Origin: Vicugna vicugna
Lineage: Eukaryota
DNA length: 64,000 nucleotides
Assembly: GCA_013265495.1 (NCBI GenBank)
Contig: MU060042.1
Span: 4,708,258 to 4,772,257, forward strand
Reading direction: 5' to 3'
Shown: piece after piece, positions 9,600 to 22,000 of the stretch
How the letters are laid out: each line of letters begins with the position of its first letter
Numbering within the stretch: the first letter of the stretch is position 1
Notes under the pieces: generated by a model
What the model was told of the DNA's origin: nothing
The model's database searches: none
What the model saw: the letters and a program-made list of their open reading frames with translations, nothing else
Program-made: the position numbers and the translations under genes

Positions 9600-9920
9600 G
9601 GCCATGCTCTTGGGCCCGTGGCGCTGTGGAATTTGCCAGTGTGGGCCAGGGCTAAGAGGACCCTTCTTGTTTGTGGAATACTTTTGGCCCTGGCTCGCTG
9701 CTCCTGGGGTCAGCAGAGAGGGCCAGGAAACAAAGAGGCCCATGGTTGTGGCCCGTGGATTTGCTACGGCAGAAATTCTGCATCTATGAGAGGCATGTAG
9801 CCGCCCGCAGGCGACCCGCGGAGATTTCTTTAAAACTTCTCCACCAACGAATCTTATCAACCCACCCATCTCACACGAATGCCTCCTTTGTGCACCCAGA
9901 ACATATAGTTTTTATTTGCT
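9600..9920. promoter_or_regulatory. Candidate Schwann-cell enhancer (possible M4-like module)
   Basis: About 7 kb upstream of the classic TSS. It has AACAAAG-N5-CATGGTT (9729-9747), ACGAATG-N4-CTTTGTG (9875-9892), and an adjacent EGR-like GATGGGTGGGTT (9859-9870, minus strand). Module identity is inferred. Confidence 0.45.
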
Positions 9921-10359
9921 CGAAATAGCTCGCCCTTTGACCCCTCCCACAGTGGGGATGGGGTCACGGGAGAGGCAGCCCTGGGGCTCCACAGGGAGCC
10001 TACTCCTCAGGGGCCCGGTTTCTCCATCACACAACCAGGGTGACAGGCCACGCGCCCAGCTTCCCAAACACAGTCGGCGTCCAGACACTGAGATTCCCAG
10101 GAGCCCGAGACCCACGCGGCTCTGCTCCCTGTGCCGCCTCTGGGGGTTCTCCCGGTGACTCTGTGCTGACCGGGGGCAGGCCCGAGAGGGTGCGGGATTC
10201 CCCAAGAAAGTGGCCTCACAGGTACCCTAAGAACTGCTTTTCAGTGGAGAAATAAGCTGAAAAATGTACTCCCACCCCCAAGGCCAATTTGACACCCTGG
10301 TGCTAAGCAAATGACAGTAGAGTTAAACTGAATTTGGCCTGCAGGACCGGAGTCCGCTG

Positions 10360-10565
10360 GGGTCAAACCCAGTGGGCTTTGATTCTTGGTTCTACCGTCT
10401 ACGATGTGACCTTGAGCACCTGATTTAACCTCTACGCCTCAGGTGCCTCCTCGTGTCATTGTTCTGACGAGCCCCTGTGGGACGCGTGACAGCATGTTCT
10501 GAGCACTGACGCCAGTGAGTGCTCAGCAGGGGCTTTTGCCGTTACTGTTGCTATTATTATGATAG
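10360..10565. mobile_element. MIR SINE remnant
   Basis: TGTGACCTTGAGCACCTGATTTAACCTCTACGCCTCAG...GAGCACTGACGCCAGTGAGTGCTCAG...CTATTATTAT, the MIR core pattern. Confidence 0.65.
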
Positions 10566-10611
10566 TTATAAAACTAGTCTGGGAATTCCTTGTGTAAGTT
10601 CCCACACATTT

Positions 10612-10743
10612 CCCACCCACCCACCCATCCACCTCGCCCCCATCCACCTATCCATTTATCCACCCACCCGCTCACCCAGCCGTCACTCATCCACCCCATC
10701 TACCCACTCACCACCTACCCATCCACCCACCCATCCATCCATC
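10612..10743. repeat. Degenerate (CCAY)n simple repeat
   Basis: CCCACCCACCCACCCATCCACC...CCATCCACCCACCCATCCATCCATC. Confidence 0.85.
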
Positions 10744-10765
10744 TAGCCAATGTTCATTTCATGCC

Positions 10766-11175
10766 TGTGTAGGTAGAATTCTAAGAATGGGCGCCCATAA
10801 CCCTCACCCTTGTACATTGTCACGTTATACAGCAAAAGGAGGTTATCTGGGACTGTTGAACCAACCACGGGAGCCTTTGGAAGACAGAATTTGCTCCGGC
10901 TGGTGACAGGAGCTGGTCAGGGAGATTGTCACCCAAGCATGAGAAGGATGGGGAGCATCGCTGCCGGCTTAAGAAAAGGAAGGACCGTGGGTAGGGTCCA
11001 GAGAGTGGCCTCTAGGACCTGAGGGTGACCCCAGCTGACAGCCAGCAAGGAAACGGGACCACACCCCTGGAACGACTCACGGCTGAATTCTGCCAGCAAC
11101 CTGTGCGCACCTGGAGGTGGACTCCCCCCGGACTGCAGGTGAGGGCTGACCTGGCCGGCACCTTGATGGCAGTAG
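10766..11175 (+). mobile_element. MaLR LTR (MLT1F/G-like)
   Basis: TGTGTAGGTAGAATTCTAAGA...GGCCTCTAGGACCTGAGGGTGACCCCAGCTGACAGCCAGCAAGGAAACGGGACC...CTGAATTCTGCCAGCAACCTG. Confidence 0.75.
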
Positions 11176-12233
11176 GGTGACAGAGGCAATCTCGTCAGTG
11201 GGAGGGCCTCGGGCGGGGCACGGCCCTGGCTGTGGGGCGAGAAGGAATTAGCCAGACGGGAGGGGCTGGGGCTCCGGGCAGAGCTGGGGGTGGGGGCGGG
11301 TGGCAGGCCGAGCGTGGGCTCGCTGGCTGCTGCCAAGGCCATGAAAAGGGTTTGTTCTTTGTTCCAAAAGTGTGCGGTGCCACGGGGGGCTCTTTAAACT
11401 CAGAAGCAGCATAATCAAATTGACATTTTCAGAAAGTCCCTCTGGCTCTGCTGAGAAGAGTGGGCACCTGAGACCAGCAGAGACATCACGGGGCAGCCCA
11501 GGCGAGGGAGGTCGGCCTCCTGGGCGGGGGTCTGCGGACGGGGCAGGGGCCCAGTGCGGATCTCTGAGAGCTTTAGGGGATAAACATTAGGACTGGGGAC
11601 AGAGGGAGAGAGAGGGTGTCATGAGAGGTCAACACCCGGGAGCCAGAAGTGCCTGTTCGTGGCCCCCATGCCCGACCCACAGATGAGAAACTGGGGGGCG
11701 AGGGCAGTGTCTGTGTGTGAACAGCCATCCAGGGGACTCGGAACACGGAGCACCTGGCAGCTTTCCATGTAATGTTTCTCAAGTGCAGGACGTTTTATGA
11801 CAAGCGGGGCTTTTCCTTTGCGTTCTGTACTGAGCAGGAATCAATGTGGATTCGCCAGCAGCTGGCCTCCACGCCAGCGATGCAGAAGGTGTCGCACACG
11901 ACTCCCTAGACCCAATCTGGGCCACCTGTGGTGTCACAGCCCCCGGGCTGAGAATGCGCTTTCCTTCTTAAGTGGTTAAAAAAGAGAAAAAAAACAACTA
12001 GGATTTCACAACACATAAATAAAGTTTCACCAGCACACAGCCTCACTTGTGTGCTGACAAAATCATCTTTGGCTACTTCTGGGCTCCCAGGGCAGAGCAG
12101 AGTCAGCACGATGGGGACCGTGGGGTCCGCAGAGCCTGCAGCGTCGACCACCTGCCCCTTTACAGAAGACGTCTGCTGACCTCCTTGGGCTACAGTGTAG
12201 ATCTAAGCTCTAAGAACAGGAGAAACCGGAGGA

Positions 12234-12325
12234 ACAGGGGTCAGTGTAACGGTAACAGGGTAACAGGAGGAACAGGAGTTACAGGGGCCAGTGTAACAGT
12301 AACAGGGTAACAGGAGGAACGGGAG
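12234..12325. repeat. Tandem duplication, period 47, two copies with 42 of 45 nt identical
   Basis: ACAGGGGTCAGTGTAACGGTAACAGGGTAACAGGAGGAACAGGAG (12234-12278) and ACAGGGGCCAGTGTAACAGTAACAGGGTAACAGGAGGAACGGGAG (12281-12325). Confidence 0.85.
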
Positions 12326-15300
12326 CCAGTGCAGCCTTACCAGGAGACCTGAGGGTTAACGCCACGCAGCGTCACGAGAAGCAGAGTCTGAGAGTCTACC
12401 GCGCAGGAAAGAACTCACTTTTTGTACCTACGGTGCAAGTGACTATAGTAAGATGTTCTCTGTACCACTGAAGCTTTGGGACTTGACATGGAAGGTGGTT
12501 TTAAAAAGCACACTTAGTTTTAATTTCATGAATGAAACTAATGACAGCTGTTTTCAAACAAGAAGATGGATGTGTCAAAGGGAACACAGCCCCCAGGATA
12601 CGGTACAGTCGGTCACACCCGGGCCACCCGGGAACCTCCGCGGGGACCCAGGGGGTGGGGCGCAAGGGCCCGGACTCACAAGGTGATGGGGAACGGGCGA
12701 ACAGCGTGGCTTAATCTGACTGGACGGCTGCGAGGGCAGAGCCATCTCTAAGAGATGCGCAGATCAGGTAGCAGCGGTGAAGCCTCCACCCCTGAGCAGC
12801 TGGAGCAAGGAAAGGGCCAGAAGGAGACTCGGAGCAAAGCTGCACCTTCCCGGCCACCAGAGTAAACGTCTTACGGGTGACCCTGTCAGACCCAGGACGC
12901 CTGAGTTCAGAGAACGCCCATCACGCGCGATCACTTGTCTGAGCCTGTGCGACCTTCTCTTGCACTTGACTTTCATTCCCCTTCGAACAGGTAAAGGCTC
13001 TGATCCTTGAGGAAGCTGCTCATTTATACAAAAGTCACACACACGTGGTAAGGTCCAGCTACCCGTGTGAACATGCACCTAACTCACCCTCACACTGCCC
13101 TGTACGTCTTTAAGAAGCGAAAGCTGGAGTTGTCTCATGTTATCTTTCTTCCTCCCTTGCAATTCTGAGGTTTGTTAGCTAAATAATCAGGTGCTATTAG
13201 ACTGTTTCTTTTGGAGGAATTACCGATGACAGACATGCAGAAAACCAAACAGATCAGGGCCGCAGACCCTGCATTATTAATTGGCAACCAGTAAACACTG
13301 TGAAATTCCTAGTAGCCGTGGAATCGCCAAAAGTCAGCCTGGAGTTCGGCCCTGCGGAGACGCAGACGCGCCGCTGGTTCACAAGGAAACGGGCATGCCC
13401 GTCGCTTTCTGTGACCTCCCTGGGCTTTTTGTGGAATGTGTGAATATTCAGTATTTGCTTGCAGTTGTTACAAAGTAAAGAAAGGTGAGGGACGTGTGCA
13501 GAAAGTGGTGTGTTTTGCGATCCTCTCAGCCAAGGACACAGATGCCAGAAGCCGTGTCCTCGGTCTTCAGAAAAACGTGACCTTTGGTCTCAGTTGCTTT
13601 GCTTTCCTCAAAGAAAGAGGGTCCGCGATTACCTGGTTTTGGCGGGTGTCCTTCCTCTGAGCTCAAACAGAAACTCACGTTTAACCAACACACACTCCTA
13701 AAGACATTTACCCCATTTCACGAGTATTTGGAGGACGCTCTGACATTTGTTACTGGGAAAACTAGTCAGAAGCGTTCGCCTTTTCACTGACTCTCTTTTG
13801 GCGGGACAGGCGTAGTTGACGGCTCACAGTGGGAAAAATGATCGATACATTTCTACCGGGCGTTTCCGTAAGCGGGAGCGTTATTTTTAGAGCTGCTCTG
13901 GGGACAGTTGCAGATCTGTCCTGTGCACTCTCTGTCCCTGGAAGCGGCAGAAACAATGGTGTCAAATGTCTAGAGCAGGGATGGGCTTCTCACACAATGC
14001 CTGCTTTTCACAAGCGGCCTCCCAGCTCCGAGGAAGGGCCAGCCCCGTACCAGCCAGTGTTAGCTGCTGCCCTTTTTAGGGATAAAAATAACTTGAAGAC
14101 TCTGCAAGTGAAGAAATATTCAGTGAAAGACGTAAAAAAAACCCTCAGCCGATAAAACATGATTTTTCAGATGAAGAAAAGGTGATGTTTTAATTAGATT
14201 AACAGAAAAAAAGGAAAAGTTCCAAGATACCAGCTATAAAGACAGCTGCAGGGACGCTCTTTGCTGGCTTTGCTCCTTGTTTTAGTGAAGTGCATGCTAA
14301 CATGTGAATGGTTTTTCAGTTTATTTTCTTGTTTAGAAATCGTTTTGAGGCAATTTATCAAGATCATATATAATCAGACACAGCTCACATTTTATAGGGT
14401 ATTTGACTAAAGAAACGGAAAATATTCCATGTCTACTCAGGCAGTGGGGTCGACTCTTTAAAAGATTTATTTATGAAAATTCTAACTTAATCACAATGGG
14501 TGCTTGTAACATTTTTATGTTTTGTTGCATGAACCTTGAATAAACTGATAATTTCATAAGGAAATTATCCCAACCAGAAAGTCAACATTTGCACATCGTG
14601 GAAATAAATCCACGCACACAGATACGGATGTGTGCGTATTACAAAGTTCTCCAAAGCTGAAGAAAAATTGATCTCCTTGAATCTCACTGTGACATATTAA
14701 ATTTTCACCACAGAGACAATTAGGGCTCATTTCCTACAAGTTCTGGGTAATTTCCGACGGGTCCTGGTTACTGAAGACTCTGAAGGACACAGCTGCATGA
14801 CGTCACCTTCCGGGTGCAGGCGCAGGCCCCCGGGCACCTTGGTGGTGCGGCTGCCTCGCTCACCGGCGATCACCAAGCCTGCATCCCTCACAGGCGGGCT
14901 GGAGGGGGCTGCAGCATCCCTTCTGGCCTGAACCTCTGCAAGCGTCTAAATGCAGCGTGCGAAGTGCCATCCGTAGAGGGTGGCTGATGGAGTATGAAGC
15001 CTTTAATCTCCAGGCATACTCTGCACACTGTGATGCGCTGAGCTAGTGCTCGGTGCTGGGATGTGAGGGCTGTCAGCTGACCCCAGTGCTTTCCAAGAGC
15101 ACTCTGAGCAGAGTGAGAAGGGACGCAGACCTCGGGGAGGCTGCTCTGGCCACAGCTGTCTAGAGCCCGTGTCAATGTGCGCCACCCTTACGCCCAAATG
15201 TTTGGGGGCCAGAATCTCACACGTCAACCGGCCCAGTCCCCAAGGTCTCCTGGATCCTGTCCCAGCAACCCTACCCGACCTTCCCTGAGCCCGACTCCTG

Positions 15301-16387
15301 CTCACACCACGTGCACTCCCACTTCCGCATTCTCGACTCTGCTGCCCCCATCCGCCCTTGGGGCGTGCAAGTCCCCCCTCCTTCAGGGAGTGAATCCACT
15401 CCCTGGATGCTGGTGGTCTTGGCCTGTGTTTAAATGCTGAGTCCTTACTACGCCGCCCAGTTTCAAGTCCCGGTGACGGACGCAGTTCATGGTGCTAACC
15501 TTGACCACTGCTCGTGACCACCTTGGACAGGGAGGGCCCCGGGGCCCCGTGGACGCTGCAGGACTCAGCACATCGCCGAAGCCCATGCATGCAGACAGGC
15601 TGCTGGGCTGGTGAGTGCAGCATTGTGAGGGAGGGAAGGTCGGGACGGCGGTTCTGTGTGACCTGGGAGCATCGTGGGAGTGGCTGCGACCTGGGAAAAC
15701 GTTTGAAAAGGCAAGTGCGAGGAGCCAGGGCTGACCTGGCCATCGCGGCTCCTTCGCATCTGTGGCCACTGCCTGGACTCTGGCTCTGCAGCCTCATCCT
15801 GGACGGGCTGCTCCCCCAAGGTCCATCCTCTCAGACCCTCCAGGTCAGAGGCTCCATCAGCCATGCTGAGGACCCTGGGTTCTGCCCACGGCTGATGGGC
15901 AAAGACCAAACTAACGTCGCATTCAAACTCCTTCTTTGACTGCTCTCCGAGTGTCAGGTCCACCCTGCCTTCCCACAGCCCTGCCGCCACGGCACAGCGT
16001 CCACCCTCCGCCGCCTGCCAAGGGCCCGGCCTCCTGCCACAGGGCTGCTCGTGGGGACACGGCCGCACTTGTCCGGCATCCCAGGGTCAGCTCAGAGGCC
16101 ATGTCCCCCGAGGCCTTCCAGAGGCTCTGGACTCTGCCCCTGCTCAGCACTGTCCCCCAGAGGGCCTCTCGGGGGCCTCGACGCACTGACCGCCCCACTG
16201 CTGGGCTGTGTTCACTGCCCCCGCCTGCAGAAGCCCCACCAGGATGGTGCTCACCCCTTAGGGCACCCAGGGATTCTCCTGTGTGCAGACAAAATCAGAT
16301 CAAGTTAAACTTAACTTGTAAAAGCAGAAGAAAGACATCCATTAAAAAGAGTTGTGATTTTTTTTCTTTTAAAAGAAATTTGTGGGG

Positions 16388-16497
16388 GTGGGGAGTGTAG
16401 CTCAGTTGTAGAGTGCGTGCTTGGTGTGCACGAGGTCCTGGGTTCAATCCCCAGTGCTTCTGTTAAGGGGAAAAAAATTTAAAAACACATTTAAAAG
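16388..16497 (+). mobile_element. tRNA-derived SINE (vic-1-like)
   Basis: GGGGAGTGTAGCTCAGTTGTAGAG (A box)...GGGTTCAATCCCCAG (B box), followed by an A-rich tail. Confidence 0.85.
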
Positions 16498-17774
16498 CCA
16501 TAAAAATGGGATCAAGGCCACGTGTGACATGTCCAGTCAGCAAGTCCACAGACCGAACGCAGCTCAGTGAGAAAAGACGCCGACTGTCACGGTTAGGATG
16601 AAAGCTCTAGCAGGTGTCTCTTCTCTCTGCACTTGGAAGGGTGATCCTTCCTGCGACCTCCCTGCCCCCGGGGGGGACTCGCTCCCTCGACAAGACGCTG
16701 ATGGGGCTGCACCCTGTGCTCCTCCCGCTTCACAGCTTCTCGGCGCCGCTCACCTGCGCTCCGGCCTCCGTACAGCCGGGGGTGCCAGCAGTGAAGGCCA
16801 GGCAGGGACAGGTCCTCGGAGCTGACTTATGGTTAAGGAAGTGGGCTCCACGCCAAGGAGAAGAAGGAAAGGAAGAGAGCCGAGCTTCCTCCTTGCAGAC
16901 CCCTGTGTGAGTCTCACTCGCACCTGCCCCCGGCCCCCCAGGGCCCCGCGTCACAGGCACCCGCATGCCCGGTTCACAGGAGTCAGCACCAGGGCTCAGC
17001 GGGGTCAGACCGAAAAGCACACGCTTATTAAGCAGCAGAGTCAGGACTGGGACCCAGGTCAGAGGTCATGTCCGCGCGGCAGGCCTTTCTGTTTTGTTCA
17101 CTGCTGCCCTTCCACGCTGAGACCGTGCCTGGGGCATAGAAATCGCTCGGCCAACATCTGGAGGATGAGTAATCCTCATTTCAAAATAATAGAACAATCC
17201 CTGTGCGAGGCCTTACGAAGACAGAGAGCTTAACAGTCCGGTCCCTGTTTCAACCCTGCCGAAGCAAAGGCTGGTTTTGTTTTCTGTCTCCTGAAGTTCC
17301 TGCAAGTTTAGAGTAAAAGCTGCCTGAGGGGCCTCCGAGGGGCTCGTGAGGTATCAGAAGCACGCGTCACTGGTTGACTAGGGGCCGAGGGAGGCCAGCT
17401 TCTGTAGCCACGGAAACAAGGGCTGGTCCCCTCTCCTGCTAAGAGCCTAGCGGCCGCCGCTGAGGGTCTTATCAGACTGACGCCAGGAGCAGCCAGCCGC
17501 CAGGCTTCCTGCGCCACGCTGTTCTGGCGTGGCTGCCCCTCTCCTGACTTCGAGGAGTCACCTGCCCTCGAAGCACGACTCGTCCCTGGAGACATCTCCA
17601 GACTTGGAGCCACAGAGTCACGGGGACGAACCTGGCGGAGAAAACGCCTCTGCCGCCTCCAGGGCTGCGCTGAGGAGAGGCAGTCGCAAAAACAAAACAG
17701 ATTTGGAAACTGCAGATAGTTTTTTATAATTTTGAAGACACTAACGTTCTGAAACACAGAGGTAGCATTCTATT

Positions 17775-17955
17775 TATATATATTTTTTAATTAAAAAAAT
17801 TTTCTTTTAAAAATTTTTTCTTTTTGTTTCTTAAAAATATTTTCAACGGCAGTGAGGTAATTTTAGGTTTATTTGTTTATTTTTTTGAAAACAGAGGGAC
17901 TGGGGATTGACCCCAGGACCTCGTGCACGCTAGGCACGCGCTCCACCCTGCCCCG
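17775..17955 (-). mobile_element. tRNA-derived SINE (vic-1-like)
   Basis: Reverse-complement B box (CTGGGGATTGACCCCAGGACCTCGTGCACGCTAGGCACGCGCTC), preceded by a long T-rich tail. Confidence 0.82.
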
Positions 17956-19001
17956 CTTCATTTCCGTTTTCCGGGTCAGCTCGCTGACCCCTCCACCTCC
18001 GCGCCTCGCGGGGCCTACAGCCGGCTGCAGCGTTGCTCTGCGCACGGGGCAGCTCTCTCGGCGCTGCGCCCCAGCCGCACAGACCCCTCCGGCTCCGGCT
18101 GAACAGAAGCCTCTATCTGAATGGCCTGGAAGGCCCCGCGGGTGAGAGGCTGACGGCAGTTTCGGACAGGATTTCAAGGAGTATCGCTCTACAAGTGAGT
18201 CAAAGTGCGGCGGGTCCCTCCAGGGGTCTAAACCTCTGCAGGGTGGGTGTGGAACCCCAGGAACGTGGGGCAAAGTGCTCCTGGGGTCGGGGCCGCTCTT
18301 TGCGGCCCATGTGCCTGGGACGGCCTTGGACCCGGCTGCCGAGGCAGACCCGCACCCTCCCTCCCGGCTGCGGGGCAGCTAATGGTTTGGAAACTTTCCT
18401 CTCTGTCCTCCTGCTGTCCCCAGCCTGAGGGCAGCCTGAGCGGGTCCCTCCCCCTCACCATCTCAGGTGTCTTCTTTAATTCAGCGTCAGTGAAGATGAG
18501 TGAGAACGAGGCTGAGGACTGGACAGCATCCCAAAGCCCGAGGCAGCCCCCTGGGCACCCGAGAAGCCTGACCGTGCAGCCCAAGAGGGCGGCGCCGGGG
18601 GTCTTCCCCAGCCCTTTCCAGGGACCCCAGCCCAGCAGTGGAAGTACGCGCCCCCGGGCCCCCCTTGGAGACGGCTCTCCTTCTGCTCCTCCTGAGACCA
18701 CCACCGCCCTCTCATCTTCAGTTATGGGCAAACAACTGGCTGCAAAGAAACTTCCAGAAATCTCCTGCCAACGACACTCAGCTGGCACAGCTGTGGGTGG
18801 CTGTCCTCGCTCACAAATGAAGACCAGGGGTCCCATGGTTCCCACCAGCCGGGCCTGCAGACTGGCAGAAGGCTCCCCCGGGGTGGGGACGTGGCGTGTC
18901 CCCTCCCCACCCCCCGTCCTGCCTGGCTCTGTGTGTGGCTCTGTGAGTGTGCGTATGGCATGTTGGAGTGCGTGAGTGTATCAGGGTCTGTGTACGTAGG
19001 T

Positions 19002-19004
<3 letters not shown>

Positions 19005-19032
<28 letters not shown>
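19005..19032. repeat. (TG)14 microsatellite inside a TG-rich block (~18920-19050)
   Basis: Seen directly in the sequence. Confidence 0.95.
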
Positions 19033-19036
<4 letters not shown>

Positions 19037-22000
19037 GGTGTGTGAGTCAAAGTCCATTTCTCTGGGGCTGGAGCAGCATGTGTTTTCATAAAGATGGACG
19101 AAATGTTCACTGGGATTCCCCAGGGACCTCAAGGCATCGGAGTAGTTGCTGCGTGAACACTAGGACTGGTGTCATCACCTGGATGGAAGGCCTGTGACCC
19201 CGCCCCCCATCTGCAGCAAATCACATGTCAATACAGTCTCACCTTCCAGTGATGGGACCCCTGGTTATGACATTGGTCCACAGCATCTTTGATTCTTTAT
19301 AAAGATTTTAGAAAAAGAAGGAAGACATTAAGACATACTTTTTGTTTCAAAGCAGTTTAGATACAAATTTTCAGCTAGAGGTAAATTTTCAAACTAATTA
19401 AGACAGCGTATAAAATTCAATCATCCAGGAAGAGTCCTTGCTGCTAAGAGACAGGAACAAAAGCGGGAGGAGGGCCTTCTCGTGTGAATTTTACGTGACC
19501 TGGAAAATGACTGGATTGTAGCCCTGAAATTAAAACGTTTAACACAACAGTCCAAGTGTAGGACTCCTCGGTGACGTGGATTCACGTCGGGCCCACCTGC
19601 TGGGAGCGACGCGGACACCGCCCGCTGCCTGCCACCTCTCCAGTGAGAAATTAAGTCGGCCAGCACTGTGTCTCACCCACGAGCCACTGCCGTCACAGCT
19701 CAGGGGCTGCGAGGTCGCCCACAGGAACCAATGCGGGGCTGCAAGCGCGCGCCTGCCCGGCTCTGCCCGGGGCGTGGCCGCCGGTGAGGGCCCTCGGGCT
19801 CGGGGGCCATAGGCCGGGGGACTGAGGACGAGGCAGTGCCCGGCCTCATGGCCAATTCAGGCTGGCCTGAGGTGGAAGCTGGAAATGGGGACTCTTCCTG
19901 ATGGAAACCAAAGCTGGGTGCTTTTAAGCTGGGGACCCCAGAGGCTCACTGACCCCGAGCATGGCAGCAGTTTGTGGGGGGGTCCGGAGAGGGGCGAGGG
20001 GGACTCTGCGTCCCCAGGCCTCAGCGGGCACACGGGGCCGCCCGCTGACCAACCCCACGCGGCTGCTGCTTGTGCCCATGTGCGGCCTGCATTCCCCTTT
20101 TGTTCTGGAAACCGTTCAGTTGTCCTATTGTGACTCTGTTGGCCTCAAGTGACTCTCAGCAGCTCATTCTAATCTGAAGGCCGGGGCCGGGGTGGGGGTA
20201 AACGCACGGGCGGCCAGCTGGAGGCCTCGGCGACTCGGCCTCACCAGGGCCAGCCCTGCTGGTGCCCCAGCCAGCTCGCCAGGGGCATCGCTCCCCCCGG
20301 AGGAGCCTTTGCTGGACCACAGCCCTCATCCCGGTCGGTCTCGGAATTGCAGGTGCCCAGGCGCCCCCCACTCTGACCCCGGCTCCTCCCACCTGTGCAC
20401 CCTGTGCTCAGCAGCGGCCCAGGTGCAGAACTTCTCAGGAGTAAAGAGCTCAGGCCTTAGGACACTGGGGGGCATCTCTGGGGGAAATCAGCAGTTTGCA
20501 AAGGTGTCTTAGCGAGAGGAGGGGACGGGGCCGCAGGGGGAGGCGGCTCCGTCACTGGCAGATGCTGACTAAGCTCGTTCGAGGGCCAGGCCGGGCCCCG
20601 CCCCGACGCAAGCTTTATAAAATAACCCCCCCACACACACATATGTTTCCACCTACTTAAATATATGTGACAACATGTATTATTTATATATTATTAACAC
20701 AATATATTATATTTTATATGTTATACACATTATACTCATGTTTTTAGTATGAACACTTTCCCTGAACATTAAACACAGACGATTCTCTCTCCTTTCTCTG
20801 GGCGATGAATCAGCGACTCCTCGTGGGATTCTGCCCTGCACCTGCAACGAGCACGCGGCTTAGCCCCGCGAGGGGCCGTGGCTGAAGCAGCGAGGGGCGC
20901 GCTCACGACCCCGTGGCCCTGCAGAGCGGCACCAGCGTCCACCTCACGCTGTGGTGCTCTCGTCCCGTCTCTCTGGCTCTGGAGACGTGGGTCGCGTCTG
21001 GAAGGAACCACCGTGGCTCTGGGAAGAGCAGGGGTGCCCTCTCCTGGAGACGTCTTTGTCGGTGTGGCTGGGGCGACCTCAGGCTTCCCCTCACTGCAAC
21101 CGAGTTCCCCGCGCCTGTTTCTCCCCGGGACTGGTGAGTTCGCGCGGGTGGGCGTCCCCGTGCTTCCTGCCTGGATTTCAGACGACGAAGACAGCCTGTG
21201 CCACGTGTGTGGGTGTGAGGTTCCAAAAAACCCCAGTAACTGTCCCACCGCCAAACACTCTGGCTCCCCAAAGCTCACACAGCCCATGGTTCTGTAGGCT
21301 CGCGAGCCCTGGAACGTTTTTAGGTGACCGGGCAAACCTGGAGTGTCAGCACCCTCGGTCAGAGAGAAATTACTGAGAAATTTACCAGCGTGCTCTAGTG
21401 AGTTATTCGCTCAGATCCAAACACTTCGGGGAAAGTTTCCCTGGAGATGAAAAAGTAAATAAAACTTCCTACGTGCACTGCTGAGTCAGTGACGGGCTCT
21501 GCCTTCCCGGTTCCGAGGAAGTTCTCCCGCGCCCCCGGTTCTTCCAACATGCGGACGAAGTGAGTAACCAGGGGCCCCAAGAGCACCAGCAAACGGCTGC
21601 TGGTGACTCAGATGTTTCCTGGAGCATCACGAAGGCGTGGCTTCCGATCACACGCAGGGAATTCCTGTCTTGTCAGGAGGAGGCCTCTCTGTAAGGCGGG
21701 AGGGACCTGCTGACTCTCCCTGGGGTGACAGGTGTCAACCCTTCAGAACTGAAAAAGAATTCTCAGATTTCCTCTAAGACGGTACGGTCAGGATTGACAG
21801 CCAGGATTATTTTAGCTTTGTTTCTCCTCATCGGTCTGCACCTTCAGGCTGGGGCAGCTTTGGACCCCAGGGGAGCACTGGGAGGGTGCGACAATCAAGT
21901 TCAAAAGCAGACGCCGGCCAGCTGGGCAGGGCCCCTCATCTGTGTGACTCAGGATTGCAGAGCACGGAACAGCGGGACCCAGGAGGCGCCCCGGGCCACC

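Noticed and set aside
12210-12330. Repeat-spacer (CRISPR-like) appearance of short repeats here and at 33933-34014
   Set aside because: Mammalian DNA, no unique spacers and no cas genes. These are ordinary tandem duplications.
16388-16455. tRNA-like A and B boxes here and at the four other copies
   Set aside because: These are SINE heads with A-rich tails and disrupted cloverleaf stems, not functional tRNA genes.
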